DNA from: Eledone cirrhosa
Taxonomy: Eukaryota
DNA length: 64,000 nt
Direction of reading: 5' to 3'
Assembly (NCBI GenBank): GCA_964016885.1
Contig: OZ024740.1
Coordinates: 5,704,001 to 5,768,000 of the forward strand
Positions 24,962-53,190 of the stretch are shown here, piece after piece; the stretch's first letter is position 1; every line of letters begins with the position of its first letter. Made by a program: the position numbers and the translations under genes. Under the pieces are notes generated by a model. It saw nothing but the letters and a program-made list of their open reading frames with translations, had not been told where the DNA came from and did no database searches.

Positions 24962-27900
24962 ATATATATATATATCTATCTATCTAAGGCGGGTAAAATT
25001 CCCGAGATCCATGGACGAGTTCTCTCCAGCGGTCTCTGTCCCTCATTATCGCTGCCATGTCCTGCATCTCCAACAGACCAGTGTCTGTCCTTAGGGCATC
25101 AACATACGTTAACCTTGGTCTTCCTCTTCTAGTGTGTCCATGTAGGGGCTCCCAAAGGAGCACTGAGTGCAATGTCAACTCTGGATGTCGGTGAGCATGT
25201 CCAGCCAACCTCAGTCTTCTCTGTGTCACTTTTGAGCTGACTTTTGGGATGCTCCCATACAGCTCTGAGTTTTTCATCCTCAGTGTATACTGATTAATGT
25301 TCAGAGCCATCCTCAGCATTCTCGTGTAGCACCCATCCACCATCTGAGTGAGTTTCTTGGTCAGTGTCCAAGTCTCAGACCCATACAGCAGCACAGACTC
25401 CACTACAGCAATGAAGAGGCGGATTTTCAGGTCTCTACGAAGGTCCGACTTCCACACCGATCTCATATTGTCGCACGCCGCCCAGGCCTTGCTCTTCCTC
25501 TCAACCACATCATCTTCCGTATTCCCAATCTTTGCTCCCAAATACAGGAAGTCCTCAACCAATTCCAGCGGCTTCCCGCCTACATTAGTGATCCCCTCTG
25601 GCTTCTCAACATTCTCTACCAGATATTTTGTTTTAGTCTCATTCATTCTCAGCCCCACGCTCATCGATACAGTCTCAACCTCCCGCATCAAATCCTCTGC
25701 CTACCTCACTGTTTTTGTCACCAAAACTATGTCGTCGGCAAATTCAGCATCCGATACCTTTTTCGCCCTAACTCCCCTGCTCTGAGCCGGTGCTACAGTA
25801 AAGCCAGGGTCCTGGTGTTTCTCCAGTGCAAGGCGCATACAATAGTCCACTACGATGATAAAAAGGTAGGGAGCCAATGTATCTCCCTGGAGCACTCCAG
25901 CCAGTATCTCAAAGAACTCTGTCATCCCATCAGGTGTAATGACTTGGGCTTTGGTGTTGGTGTAGAGCAGTGATATCAGGTCCACTATCTTCTTGGGGAT
26001 TCCATAAGCTTGTAAGATCTTCATCAGGCAGTAACGGTCCACAGAATCAAAGGCCTTCCTAAAGTCAATGAAAACCATGACCGCAGGAAGGCACTTTGCT
26101 CTAGCTCCCTCTAATATCCTCCTCAGCATCAGGATGTGACTGGTGGTTGATCTAACCTCTCTGAAGCCGTTCTGGTTGTCCCTGAGCTTCTTCTCCATCT
26201 CAGGCTGGATCCTGTTAAGAATCATCCTGTTGAGGATCTTTGCCACAAGTGACGTCAGTGAGATCCCCCGGTAGTTGTTGGTGTTAGAGAGATCTCCCTT
26301 CTTTGGCACTGGGACGATGTTACTGATCCTCCACTGATTCGGGGAAACTCCTTTCTCCAGTGCCCCGTTACAGAACCCCAGGATGATATCATCAAAATCA
26401 CACCTCTTCATCACCTCTGATGCCACTCCATCTTCTCCATGAGCCTTGCCCTCCTTGATCCCCTTCTTGGCTCTCTGAAGCTCCTCTCTGGTGAAGGGCT
26501 CTGTCTCAACATCCAGTTCCTCAAACAGCCGCCTGATCTCCCCAGTTCTCTGGGCTGTGGAGGGTGGCTCTCCTAGTAGTGTCCTAAAATGGTCTAGCCA
26601 TTTCCTCTTCCTATCCTCGGGTCCCGTTCCCTGGATCTGACTCGAACACCTTCTCTTCCGCCCTGTGATCTCGTTGATGATCATCCAGCTCTCCTTACAT
26701 CCAGATCTGTCAACCGCTCTCTCCACACTTCTGATCTTCTCTATCAGTGCCTCCTCTCTGACCTCAGTGTAAGCGGTACAGAGCTCTTCCCTCATCACCT
26801 CCACAGTCTCCATCCTCTCCTCCGTAGGATCAGCATAGAATTGGTCCCTGGCAGCTTTCAGCTGTTCTCTGGCTGCACACACTTTTGGGTTTGCAGAGCT
26901 GACGTGCTTCCCTTTGTTCTTTTTCCTCGGCACCAGGGTTTCATTTGCTTCCGCCACTGCATTGGTGAAGTGCCCGTACCTCCTCGTCACACTCTCCTCA
27001 GTCCATCCAATCTCTCTCTCCTCTGACTCTCCACACAGAGCACTAAACCTGTTTCTCACTTCCACTGTGAACCTCTCCTGTAGCTTATCATCTTCCTTGA
27101 AATCTCCCCAGTCATAGATTGTTCTCCGGGGCTGAGCCTTGCTCTTTCTTAAGCTCACGCGGACCTCACTCATAACAAGCCGGTGGTCACTACCCAGTGT
27201 ACTGAAATAGCTGTATGGTTCCGTGTTCAGAACACTATTCCGCCACTTTTTCCTCACCAGAATGAAATCAATCTGGGACTTGGACAGGTGCATATCTGAG
27301 ATGTAGGTCCACATCTTCCCCAGATTCTTCCTAAACCTTAGGTTGGTCGCCATCAAGTTCGCCTCCAGCAGGGTGTCTCTCAGTAGTCTTCCATTTCGGT
27401 TGGTGTTGTTATGGAAGTACCAGCAAGGATCTTCACTGCCCTCCTTACTCAGATGTGCATTGAAGTCCCCCAAAACAAGCAGGATATTGTGTGCCTGAGT
27501 GGTGTTGACAGCTCTACACACCTCCTCATGGAACTCTTCCGCATTCACATCACTGTCCCCCTCGGTTGGACTATAGGCTGAGATGACTGTCAGTCTTGGG
27601 TTTCCATTGAAGGTCACCCTCAACACTCGCGGGGAGATAGGCATTATTTCCCTCACCAACAGATTGGTTTTTGCACTGAACACAAAACCCACTCTTCCTA
27701 CTGCAGCATTTGTTGTATTCTTCACTGCCGATGTAGTGATGAGCTGGCTCTTCCTCCCGATCATCACACTCATCACGGGCTCATCGTGTAGAATCCTGTG
27801 TTCTTGGATCGCAAGTATCTGTATACCACTCTCCTCGAACAGATGTCCCAACTCCTCTCTCTTCTCCAGCGTCCGAATAGTCCTCACATTCAAAGTGCCC

Positions 27901-28150
27901 ATTTTGATGGCTCTTCTGCAGGACAAAACTGCATTATATTTGTCTCAGAGACAGCTGATCCATCATTCACTGGCCCTCTCTGTGGCTCTCAGCCAGCAGA
28001 GTCATAACGACCAGGCTGCTCCTTGACAGTGTAATTAGGGGCTCTAACCCTAGTGCTGTTAGATCGACTCTCCATATTTCTTTTCAATGGCTGACAATAC
28101 CCTACCGGCGCCACTCGAATAAGGTAGTTATTTAACCCATAAATGGAGCC
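24962..28150 (-). mobile_element. Near-full-length LINE of a second family (RTE/RTEX-like) with (TAGA)n tail
   Basis: APE and RT coding region, stop codon running straight into tagatagata, and a putative 5-prime UTR of uncertain extent. Confidence 0.88.
24984..27926 (-). pseudogene. LINE APE-RT ORF interrupted by one in-frame TAG (25701-25703)
   Basis: ORFs 25701-27926 (GTLNVRT, IQEHR, GDFNAH, SDHRLV, FIDFRKAFD, GVLQGDTLAP, FADDI) and 24984-25691 (FLYLG, LLYGSETW, RLRLAGH) are in the same frame. Confidence 0.92.
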
Positions 28151-28337
28151 CTAACAGGTACTACCACCCCGGGCCAGGGCAGACCTGGGAGTCATTACAA
28201 CTAAGGGGTAACTCCACATTCCCCACATCTCCTGAACTCCCGAACTGGAGCCTTGCCACTGGATGTAGTTTAATGTCATACCCAGGACATATATATATAT
28301 ATATATATACACATATATACATATATGTATATATATA

Positions 28338-28493
<156 letters not shown>

Positions 28494-28986
28494 AAAGAAT
28501 AGACGTGTAACACACAAGTTATTATATATTGGTAAACGGAATAGAAAATGCTGACAAATTGTTCACAGTTGAAAAATGGTTTAATTAGGAATAAAAGAGT
28601 ATTAGTAATTGTATGGGTTAGTATTCAGTTGTGGTTTTAAGTTTTTAAGTTTTCACCGGTTGCGCATTTCTAAATGCTTTTCAAAAATAATTTTGAGATA
28701 GAGTGTCCGTGACGTTTGCTCTGATCTGATTAGTTTTGGCAATTCTACCTCCTTTTATGTTAAAAAAGTGGCTCCAGCGCTAGTTTGGTGTTGCAAAAAT
28801 TCTTGTGGTCAAAACAATTTTGATTGGCCGGTAGAGGTCATGTGAATGTAAAAAATTGATTTTAAAACTTTGCTACGGCCCTTGATAAACCTGTTCTACA
28901 TCATCCACTCTCATCCCAGGAACAGTTTTTGATAGCGCTAGTTTGTGATTTAAATTCAGGAATTTTATATTCTTTGAATGAAAAGA

Positions 28987-29070
28987 ACCTTCTGACGAGA
29001 ATCTTTCTTTGCAACGAAGGCCGTATGGTCTCCGTTTTATTTTTGGGATTCGAAACCGATCGGTAAAGGT
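28987..29070 (+). ncRNA. Type I hammerhead ribozyme with extended stem II, GUA site
   Basis: acctt CTGACGA gaatc...gattc GAAAC cgatcg GTA | aaggt; stem I acctt/aaggt, palindromic stem III accgatcggt; in a ~760-bp island between two (TA)n tracts. Confidence 0.88.
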
Positions 29071-30359
29071 AACTATAGTAGGTAAAGTCAATTTTTAAAA
29101 ATTTATTTTGAAACTTTTTCATTATTTACTAAACCTTGTTTATATTTGTTCTGGCTCGTTAATTTATTAACCCGCCATTGAACCACATTGGCACTTGGTT
29201 GGACAATACATGCGTACCTTGGCGCCTTGTGCGTGAAGGGACGTATTTCATATATATATATATATGTATATATATGTGGGTATATGTATGTATCTATGTG
29301 TATATGTGTATATGTGTGTATATGTATATATATATATATGTGTGTGTGTATATATATATATATATGTATGTACATGTATATTTGTATATATATATATGTA
29401 TGTATGTATATATATATATATTTCCCCAACTACAGCCAGCAGGCATCTCTAACAACCCCCCCCCCCCACCCCACCCACACCACCCCCTCCTATGCAAAGC
29501 CATGCCGGTGCCACACCATCCAGGCCGAAACAAATGAGATCGTGCAGGCGTCACGACAAAAAAACACACAGTCCACGCTGCAATGTGGCCGTGCAGGTTG
29601 TAGTAGGTTTTGCTATGTGTTTAGGTGGGGCGGGTCCTCTCTATTGCTGAGTGCCGCCGGGGGTCTCGGTCCGGTGACGTTGTCTTAGGGAGGTGTGGGT
29701 GTGTATATATGTGTATATATATACATGTGTGTATATATATGTATATATGCATGTGTGTGTATATGTGCGTGTATATGTATATGTATATATGTGTGTATAT
29801 GTGTACATGTATATATGTGTATATATATATACGTGTATATATGTATATGTGCATGTATGTATGTATGTGTATGCATGTATGTATGTGTATATGTGTATGT
29901 ATGTGTGTATGTATGTGTGTGTATATGTATGTATGTATATATGTATGTGTATGTATATATATATATGTATGTATATATATATGTATGTATGTGTATATGT
30001 ATGTATATGTATGTGTATGTATATGTGTATGTATGTATGTGTGTGTATGTATGTATATATATATGTATGTATGTATCATCATCATCATCATCAACGTTTA
30101 ACGTCCGTGCTCCACGCTTGCATGGGTTTGGACGGGGGTAGTCCCACTTGGGGCAAGAGTGATTGTCTTGCTCGCATGGGACTGTCTGGCGGGTTTTCTG
30201 CAGTTGGATGCCCTTCCTAACGCCAACCATATACGTATATGTGTGTGTATGTATGTATGTATATATATATGTGTATATGTATGTATGTATATATGTATAT
30301 GTGTATGTGTGTGTGTGTATGTATGTATGTATGTATATATATGTATGTATGTATGTATG

Positions 30360-30391
<32 letters not shown>

Positions 30392-30438
30392 TGTATGTAT
30401 GTATGTATGTATGTATGTGTGTATGTGTGTGTGTGTGC

Positions 30439-30469
<31 letters not shown>

Positions 30470-30662
30470 TGTATGTATATATATATATATATGTATGTGT
30501 GTATATATGTATGTATATATATGTGTGTGTATATATATATGTATGTATATATGTATGTATGTGTGTGTGTGTATGTATGTATATGTATATGTATGTATGT
30601 ATCATCATCGTCATCGTCAGCGTTTGGCGTCCGTGCTCCACGCTTGCATGGGTTTGGACGGG

Positions 30663-31272
30663 GTCAGGTCACCAGTTGGTGCTACTGGTAACATGTATCC
30701 CAGAACAACCTGTCTCATGGTCGGGTCGTTGGCGACTAAACTGGCAACCCCACCAAGGTTTCTTGGTGAGGAGGGTGACTTTGGACATCCTGCAGGACTA
30801 AAAACAAAACCTGTCAAAGGGCAAAGGAGCTCTTAAGAGTCAATGGCCATCCAAAATCACCGGGAGAGATGACCCCTTAGCCTTTGTCAAGGCAGAATTC
30901 TAGGAGAAGGAAAACTCTGATATAACACCTGCAACCCTGATGGTATCCAATGATGTTGACTTGTTCTTCTTTTTGGTAAATATCACCTTGGTTAAGAGAG
31001 TGGGACTGGCTTTGTGCAGTGCCTTTGCTCACTATAAAAGCTTCACGGCACAGGCATTGCTTTATATCTGGAGATCTCTGCACTTGTCGTCACAGGGTAC
31101 CATGGGCCCAGCACTATGTGTCAATAATTGTCACAGGTGTAGTGTTTGTACCAGAGTTTTCAAGTCGCTGGCTGGAATAAAAAGTCACATTCGTTCAGCG
31201 CATCGGTAGGGGTTCTCCTACATGGATATAAAGTAGTGGCCGTACTCGAAAACGAGTTGGCAGCCACCATAT
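30663..31272 (+). mobile_element. Short non-autonomous element ending in a LINE-like C2H2 zinc-finger fragment
   Basis: Ends in CSVCTRVFKSLAGIKSHIRSAH* plus a short UTR; a second, inverted copy lies at 53549-53957. Confidence 0.55.
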
Positions 31273-32630
31273 ATTTCCCCAACTAACATACTAACATCCC
31301 TCCCTTCTTCTCCTCCCCCTCCTTATCATACGCACACATCCACGGCACATATATACACGCGCCCACACTAAACACACACCCTACTACCACCACTAACCCT
31401 CACCCCCACACCTCCATGCCACCACCCCGCAACTAACCTCACTAACACCCCCTGACCCCAAGCACAGGAACACACGCACCCACTTACATCACCCACCTCA
31501 CACGCAACTAACATCACTAACACCCCCAACCCCACGCACACGTACCCACACACCCTCGTACACCACCAACTCTACACACCCTACCACCACTAACCCCCAC
31601 TCACACCTGCATTCAACCCTTCCCCACCTCCCGTATACTAACACCCACTAACACCCCTTCATCAAACTACACACACACCAGTACACCACACTCCCTCCAT
31701 AGAACTACACACACCCTTCTCTCCCCGCTCCACCCACACCCTCGCTCCACACTCACTCATCCCACTAACACCTCTACTAATACACACACACACACCCTCC
31801 TCACTCCAACTTTCACACCTACCCATCCTCGCCCCTTTACCATTCCACCGACTGCTGCTATGCCCTCTGACCACCTCCCAGCACAAACAGACACACAGCA
31901 CTTCCACTGCTTGACCACTTCCTGTTGCGCGCGCACCCCACATCTCACCTCTTCCGACCATCGCTTCATGGAATACTCGTATGTAGAACTTGACCACCAC
32001 AGAATCCACTAAACATCATAGGATTTTACCAACTTTTCAACCATCCTCTTACGTAATCACCTATATAACTCACCCACACACACACCCCAAACATTTATTT
32101 TTCTCCACACGCCACCTACACCCACAACACGCTTAAACCCCACACACACGTGCTTTCCACCACATATTTACACCCTCAGCCTCCTGATTCCTCTCCCCCC
32201 ACCCCTCTATCCACACACGCACAGACACTACGACCTACAACTCCCCCCCCCCCCCCCCCCACACCTCTTCCTAAACATGCAACCCCGTTCTTCCCCCAAC
32301 CCTTACTTTCACATACACATACACACACACGTACACCTACACACACACACCACCTTCAGCCCTCCCCGCTCGGACACCCCATCTCCCATCCCCACTCCAC
32401 CCGCCACCACCCCTACACACCCCACACCCTTCCACCACCTGTTTTACCCCTCTTTTAATTTCAGTTTATTTTGATCATGCTTTTATATTTAAATTTATTT
32501 CATTCCTTGTATTTTGATCATGCTTTATTTTTATTTTCATTTTTAATTTCATTCGCACCGTTTCCTTTCGCTATATGTCTCTCCACCACTCCCCTACACA
32601 CCCTTTGTACTCTGTTCCCACACATTTCTC

Positions 32631-32662
32631 ACCTGAGGAAGGGCTTATGCCCGAAACGTCGT
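32631..32662 (+). ncRNA. Minimal hammerhead-like motif with weak stem I
   Basis: ac CTGAGGA a gggc ttat gccc GAAAC GTC | gt; loopless palindromic stem III (acgt); only 2 bp of stem I remain. Confidence 0.55.
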
Positions 32663-32854
32663 TCCCCACCAACACCCCACTCTCCAGAGCGTGAAATTAA
32701 TAAACATTCGTTGTACTGCCTCTCTGTTTTGTTCCTGTTCAAATTTTTCCATTATATATATATGTATATGGATGTGTGTGTGTATATGTGTATATATGTA
32801 TGTGTGTATGTATGTATATGTATGTATATGTATATGTATGTGTGTGTGTATGTG

Positions 32855-32967
<113 letters not shown>

Positions 32968-33008
32968 GTATGTATGTGTGTGTGTATATATGTGTATGCT
33001 TATATGTG

Positions 33009-33039
<31 letters not shown>

Positions 33040-33561
33040 ATATATATATATATATGTTTATTTATTTATATATATATATATATATGCGTGTATGTGTATG
33101 TGGGTGTGTCTATGGGTGCGCGCGAGTGTGTGAGTGAGTGTGTTTTGTGAATGTGTCTGTTGATTTTGGCATATAGTTGAATAGTTTAAGAGAAATTTGA
33201 GGACAATAGTAAGATATGCACTCAATATTTTGAATTTGTCTACAGAATTCTCTAAACCTTGTCACTTAGTAAAGAATTTAGCTTTTAAAGAATCTCCCTT
33301 TCCTTGAAATCTATCTACCATGACTGACCCCCACTGATTTTATAGACACCTGTTAGTTTAATAAGGATTGGCATGCCATCCAGAACCTGTTTATAGAATT
33401 CTTTCTGCCTTTGTTACTCTAAAAATAAAAATAAACTATAGCTTTGTAGCATTAGCTTCTAATGAATTCTGTCAACCAATGACCTACACCCATCCCACTC
33501 CCCACCCTCTCCTACCACTTGTAGAGACCTATATATACCATAATTATTTTTTGATACCCAC

Positions 33562-33608
33562 ATTCCTGATGATTTCTGAAGAATGAAACAGTTCTAGTCC
33601 TGTAGAAT
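33562..33608 (+). ncRNA. Type I hammerhead ribozyme, same family as 49723-49773
   Basis: attc CTGATGA tttc tgaa gaat GAA ACAG ttctagtc CTGT A | gaat. Confidence 0.8.
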
Positions 33609-33721
33609 CTCATCTATTTTTTAGGAACGATCGACATTCGTCAAATCGGACCGAGGAAACAATGTTCCCATTGGTCTTTCCAATTGCTAATACTATCTAT
33701 CGGTCGCAACTCCAGGTAGAA

Positions 33722-33837
33722 GGAGCAACGTGAAATAAAGTGTCTTGCTCAAGGACATAACGCATCGCCCGGTCCGGGAATCGAACTCACAACCTCACGA
33801 TTGCGAATCCAATTCTCTAACCACTCAGCCACACGCC
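33722..33837 (-). mobile_element. tRNA-derived SINE, 5-prime part
   Basis: Minus strand GGCGTGTGGCTGAGTGG (A box), GAGTTCGATTCCC (B box), then CORE-like ccttgagcaagacactt; homologous to 52489-52660. Confidence 0.85.
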
Positions 33838-33862
33838 TTCACTCTCATCTATATTAAAACAT

Positions 33863-48400
<14,538 letters not shown>

Positions 48401-48402
<2 letters not shown>

Positions 48403-48743
48403 GGTAAATATTGCTGATGAGATGTAACAACATCGAAACTAGTTCAATATTCCTTGTCTGGCTTTCTGGAGAATAGAGGAAAGGTGTTTCCTCAAAAACC
48501 AGTATGACTCTAAAAACCGGTTTGTCTGTGTGTTTACATACAGAATAGCTGGACACTCACAGTAAAGTGACCAGTGAAAAACTCGGTACATCTACATATG
48601 TATACGTGTGTGTATTCATATGCATACTAGTATTTCAGTATACATATGTGGATGTACATTTTTAACTTAATTGTTTAAGCGTCAGTCATACAAAAGTGAG
48701 TTACAAACGAAACGAAATTTAATTTCGTTTCGTTATTTGTTTT

Positions 48744-48746
<3 letters not shown>
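48401..48746 (+). repeat. Inverted partial (~345 bp) copy of the 466-bp unit capping the array
   Basis: Reverse complement of the unit; junction atgctttttc-TA-ggtaaata has 2-bp microhomology; runs into (TA)n at 48746. Confidence 0.95.
48407..48451 (+). ncRNA. Type I minimal hammerhead ribozyme in the inverted copy
   Basis: aatattgctgatgagatgtaacaacatcgaaactagttcaatatt is readable directly on the plus strand. Confidence 0.92.
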
Positions 48747-48776
<30 letters not shown>

Positions 48777-48777
48777 G

Positions 48778-48876
<99 letters not shown>

Positions 48877-48877
48877 G

Positions 48878-48944
<67 letters not shown>

Positions 48945-49242
48945 AAGTGAGTCCTCATCAGTGACCCTCCAACCGTCCTCGGCATTTCATCGCTTTAAGG
49001 GCCATATGCCTCAGGTTGGTGCGAACAACGGCTAAAAAAAGTCGTTGGGACACGTGAATAAAGGGGGACATTAGAGTAACAACAAAAGGGTTATAGCAAC
49101 GGAAAGTGAGTAGAAATAGACAAGTCCCAGATCTCTATGAATATAAACTCTGTGAAATCGTGAACAAGAGACGAAAGACCATCGAACCTGGTAGAAATGT
49201 GAGCAAGGAAAGAATTTCGCCCAAGTTCGACAGGGGGGAAAA

Positions 49243-49279
<37 letters not shown>

Positions 49280-49552
49280 AACTGGTATACGAATTCGGTA
49301 AACGCAAGTTTTGTGAAGTCGCAGACGAAAGAGAGAGAGAAAAAAAAGTATTACCAGCTCGGTCAAGACTGCGCGAGAAAAGAATTACACACAGGTCAAA
49401 CTTGAAGGAGGAGGAGGAAAGAGGAGGAGGAGAGGTAGTGACAGAGAATGAGTGAGTGAAAGTTGAGGAGAGGGTAACAGAGAGGAGACTGCTAAAAGTG
49501 GTAGAGATACAAGGAACGAAACAGACAGGCAGCATATATATATATATATACA

Positions 49553-49583
<31 letters not shown>

Positions 49584-49650
49584 CGTTATTCCGGGTTGAA
49601 TCGGAGGTAACCACAGTAAGTAAGGTACTCAATACATAGCAGAGTATAAC

Positions 49651-49987
<337 letters not shown>

Positions 49988-50275
49988 TACCCACTCTACT
50001 ACCCTAAGTATTGAGTACTTTGGTGCGTTATGGTCCACCTGGTTCCTTACCACATTTCCATCGTTATATATATATATGTTGTTATACTTGGGGAGGGTCA
50101 TATTGTTGTAATAATATTGCCATAATTAATAACAGAACACACTCACTGTTTGGTTGGTTTTCGCTTCGGTATCTTTTATATCAGTTAATTCATTCGGTCC
50201 TCAATGTTTACCATTGACTGACCAACGGTCAAAAATACAGATATAATATAGATATAAACACATATATATAGTCTT

Positions 50276-50317
50276 AACAAAGTTCTTTCGTTGCACATCT
50301 GCAACATCATCAGTGGT
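50276..50317 (-). ncRNA. Hammerhead motif in a solo Penelope-pLTR-like fragment (~50075-50395)
   Basis: acca CTGATGA t gttgca gatg tgcaac GAAAG aa CTT | tgtt (one stem I mismatch); flank gttatacttggggagggtcat matches 58724-58745. Confidence 0.7.
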
Positions 50318-50394
50318 GCTATTATGTTCCTCCTGTTGTATTGTATATCTACGCCATCTGGCATAGATATACAAATGGCGTAGATATATAAATA

Positions 50395-52141
50395 CGAATG
50401 ATCAGAAAAAGGAGGCCTGGAAATGTCATTATGAGAGACTGATGAATGTGGAGAACGAATGGGAGAGAGAGAAATTACCATCAGTAGATCCGACAGAGGG
50501 ACCAGCTATTGAGATTGACGAATATAGGGTCCAAGAGGCGATTAAGAAAATGAAAAATGTTAAGGCTGCTGGATCGTCGGGGATAGTTGCTGAGATGCTG
50601 AAGGCATCAGGGACGTAGGCACTAAACTGGTTGCATGCATCATTAATTAAGCTATATAAATTGCTACAAAGGTAAAGGGGATGTTCTGGAGTGGAGCAAT
50701 TATAAGGGTATAAAACTGATGGATCACGTTATGAAAGTGGCAGAAAGGATATTAGCGCAACTGATTAGAGAAAGGGTCAAATTAGATGAGATGCAGTTTG
50801 GTTTTGTGCCTGGGAAAAGTACAACAGATGCACTCTTCTCGGTGAGAAAATTACAAGAGAGGTTCTTAGAGAAGAATAAGCCACTATACTTAGCCTTTGT
50901 TGACCTAGAGAAGGCCTTTGATAGGGTACCTCGATCTGTCATCTGGTGGTCCCTAAGGAAACTAGGTGTTGAGGAATGGCTTGTGAGGACAGTGCAAACT
51001 TTGTACAGAGGTACTGTCAGTAAAGTCAGGGTAGGAATGGTGTTTAGTGAGGAATTCCAGATACAAGTAGGAGTACATCAAGGTTCGGTCCTCAGCCCGC
51101 TCTTGTCCATTATAATTCTCCAAGCCATAACAGAGGAGTTTAAGACTGGCTGTCCATGGGAACTTCTCTATGCTGGCGATCTGGTTCTTATAGCAGAATC
51201 AGTAGAGGAGCTAGAGAATAAAATCTGGCTATGGAAACAGCAGTTGAAAGCAAGAAGACTTGAGACTGAAATTAGCTAAGACAAAAGTGTTGATGAGTAG
51301 AAAAGAGGACAAAACTCCGTCAGGGAAATGGCCATGTTCGATATGCAGAAAAGGAACTGGCATAAATTCTATAAAATGCACACAATGCAGATCCTGGGTA
51401 CACAAGAATGTAGTGGGATAGCAGGCAAACTAACAGGTAGGGAGAAATACTTATGCAGTAGATGTACAGGGAAATTAGACAGAAGTCGCATTGATAGACA
51501 CATTTTTCAAATGCAGGCGGGTGCTTCAGAAGTGGTGGATAGCTTCCAGTACCTAGGAGATCAAATTAGCATGGGAGGTGGCTGGTGTTCCGAGGCCATA
51601 GTATCTAGAATAAGGACAGGTTGGAAGAAGTTTAGAGAGCTACTTCCTCTGCTAACGAAGAAGGGTTGTTTCTCCCTGAGTACGAAAGCCCGGTTATATT
51701 CATGCCTGTGTGAGGAGCACGGTGCTGCATAGTAGTTTGACATGGGCAGCAACTGCAGAGGATATGTGATGCTGGAGAGAAATGAGGCAAGCATGCTCTG
51801 TTACATGTGCAATGTCAATATGTGTGAATGACCCAGCATGGATATGAGAGAGAAACTTTGTCTGAGAGGGATAGAATATAGTGAGCAAGAGAGGAGACTG
51901 CGGTAGTATGGACATGTGATGCGCATGGAGGATGACCGATGGGTGAAGAAGTGCCAGGAAATGCCAGTTGAAGGAATACGTGGTAGATGTAGACCACGAA
52001 AAACATGGGCGGTGGTGGTGAGAATAGACCTCAGATCGCTGAAGCTCATGGTGGAGATGACGAAGGACCGTGACAAGTGGAGAGATGCTGTGCTGAATAA
52101 GATCCGTCCCACCCTTGCAAGCAGGGAAAAGCGGACGTAAA

Positions 52142-52185
<44 letters not shown>
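50395..52185 (+). mobile_element. 5-prime-truncated decayed RTE LINE, same subfamily as 13775-15498
   Basis: ORFs 50719-51279 (RT, YADD mutated to YAGD), 51328-51732 and 51916-52140; (GAT)n tail at 52142-52185. Confidence 0.93.
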
Positions 52186-52488
52186 ATTATCATCATCATC
52201 ATCATCGTTTAGTGACTATCTTCCACGCTAGCATGGGTTTAGACGAGAATTGTCCCACTTGAGGCAAGATTGGTTGGATGACCATGTCTCGCTCGTTATA
52301 TATTGTCTGTCAGGTTTTCTATGAATGGATGCCATTCCTAACACCAACCCCGTTTACAGAGTGGACTGGGAGGTTCTTACCGTGTTACCTACACGGCCAC
52401 ATTACAACGTGGACTGCGTGCTTTTTCATCGTGACACCTACACGACCTCATTTATTCTGTATATATGTATATGTATATATATAATGAA

Positions 52489-52660
52489 GGCGCATGGCTC
52501 AGTGGTTAGAGCATTGGGCTTGCAATCGAAAGGTTGTGAGTTCAATTCTCAGGCCGGGTGATGTGTTGTTTCCTTGAGTAAGACACTTTATTTCCCATTG
52601 CTCCAGTTTACTCAGCTGTAGAAATGAGATGATAGGACTGGGGTCCATATCATTCCACTG
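52489..52660 (+). mobile_element. tRNA-derived SINE
   Basis: ggcgcatggctcagtgg (A box), gagttcaattctc (B box) and CORE-like ccttgagtaagacactt. Confidence 0.85.
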
Positions 52661-52880
52661 CAACGTGGTCGTGGAGGTGCCATGGCAAAAAAGCACCCTG
52701 CACTCACTGTAAATGAGGTTGGTGTTAGGAAGGGCATCCAGCTGTAGAAATCTCAGCCAGAATCAGTTCCCGCATGAGCAAGACAAGGTCAGCCGCCAAC
52801 ACTGCCCACAACAGGACAACCCGTCTAACGCATGCTAGCGTGGAAGAACGGACGTAAAACGATGATGATGATGATGATGA
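52660..52880 (+). mobile_element. RTE 3-prime UTR fragment with GAT tail
   Basis: Closely matches 63675-63940 (ggaagggcatccagctgtagaaatc...ggacgtaaaacg). Confidence 0.85.
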
Positions 52881-53131
52881 TATATATGTATATATATATA
52901 TATATTTATATTTGTGTTTTTATATGTTTATATATATGTATATATGTATATTTATATATGTATATATGTATGTATATATCTATATATATGCATATATCTA
53001 TCTATATATATAGATATATATTTATCTCTTTCTCTATATATATATGCGTGTGTATATATGTCTATATATATATGTGTGTGTGTACTCAATGATATTAAAT
53101 AAATGGAAACTATATTTATAAAACCATATTT

Positions 53132-53190
53132 ATTCTATTATATATATTTCAAGGGTACCAAAACTTTGCTATGCTTTCATCAGATAAAAT
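53132..53190 (-). ncRNA. Type I hammerhead ribozyme, AUA site
   Basis: attttat CTGATGA aag...ctt GAAA T atat ATA | atagaat; 7-bp stem I with one G-U pair. Confidence 0.7.

Noticed and set aside
28030-28290. HDV-like ribozyme in the LINE 5-prime region
   Set aside because: Such ribozymes are known for some RTE elements, but I could not assemble the nested double pseudoknot by eye; a descriptor search is needed.
33722-33837. tRNA genes here and at 52489
   Set aside because: The tRNA-like heads run into a shared SINE body and lack a proper acceptor stem.
48941-48968. Minus-strand gggtca-CTGATGA-ggactcac next to the (TA)n tract
   Set aside because: Only the 5-prime core is present before the microsatellite; it may be a truncated HHR but cannot be supported.
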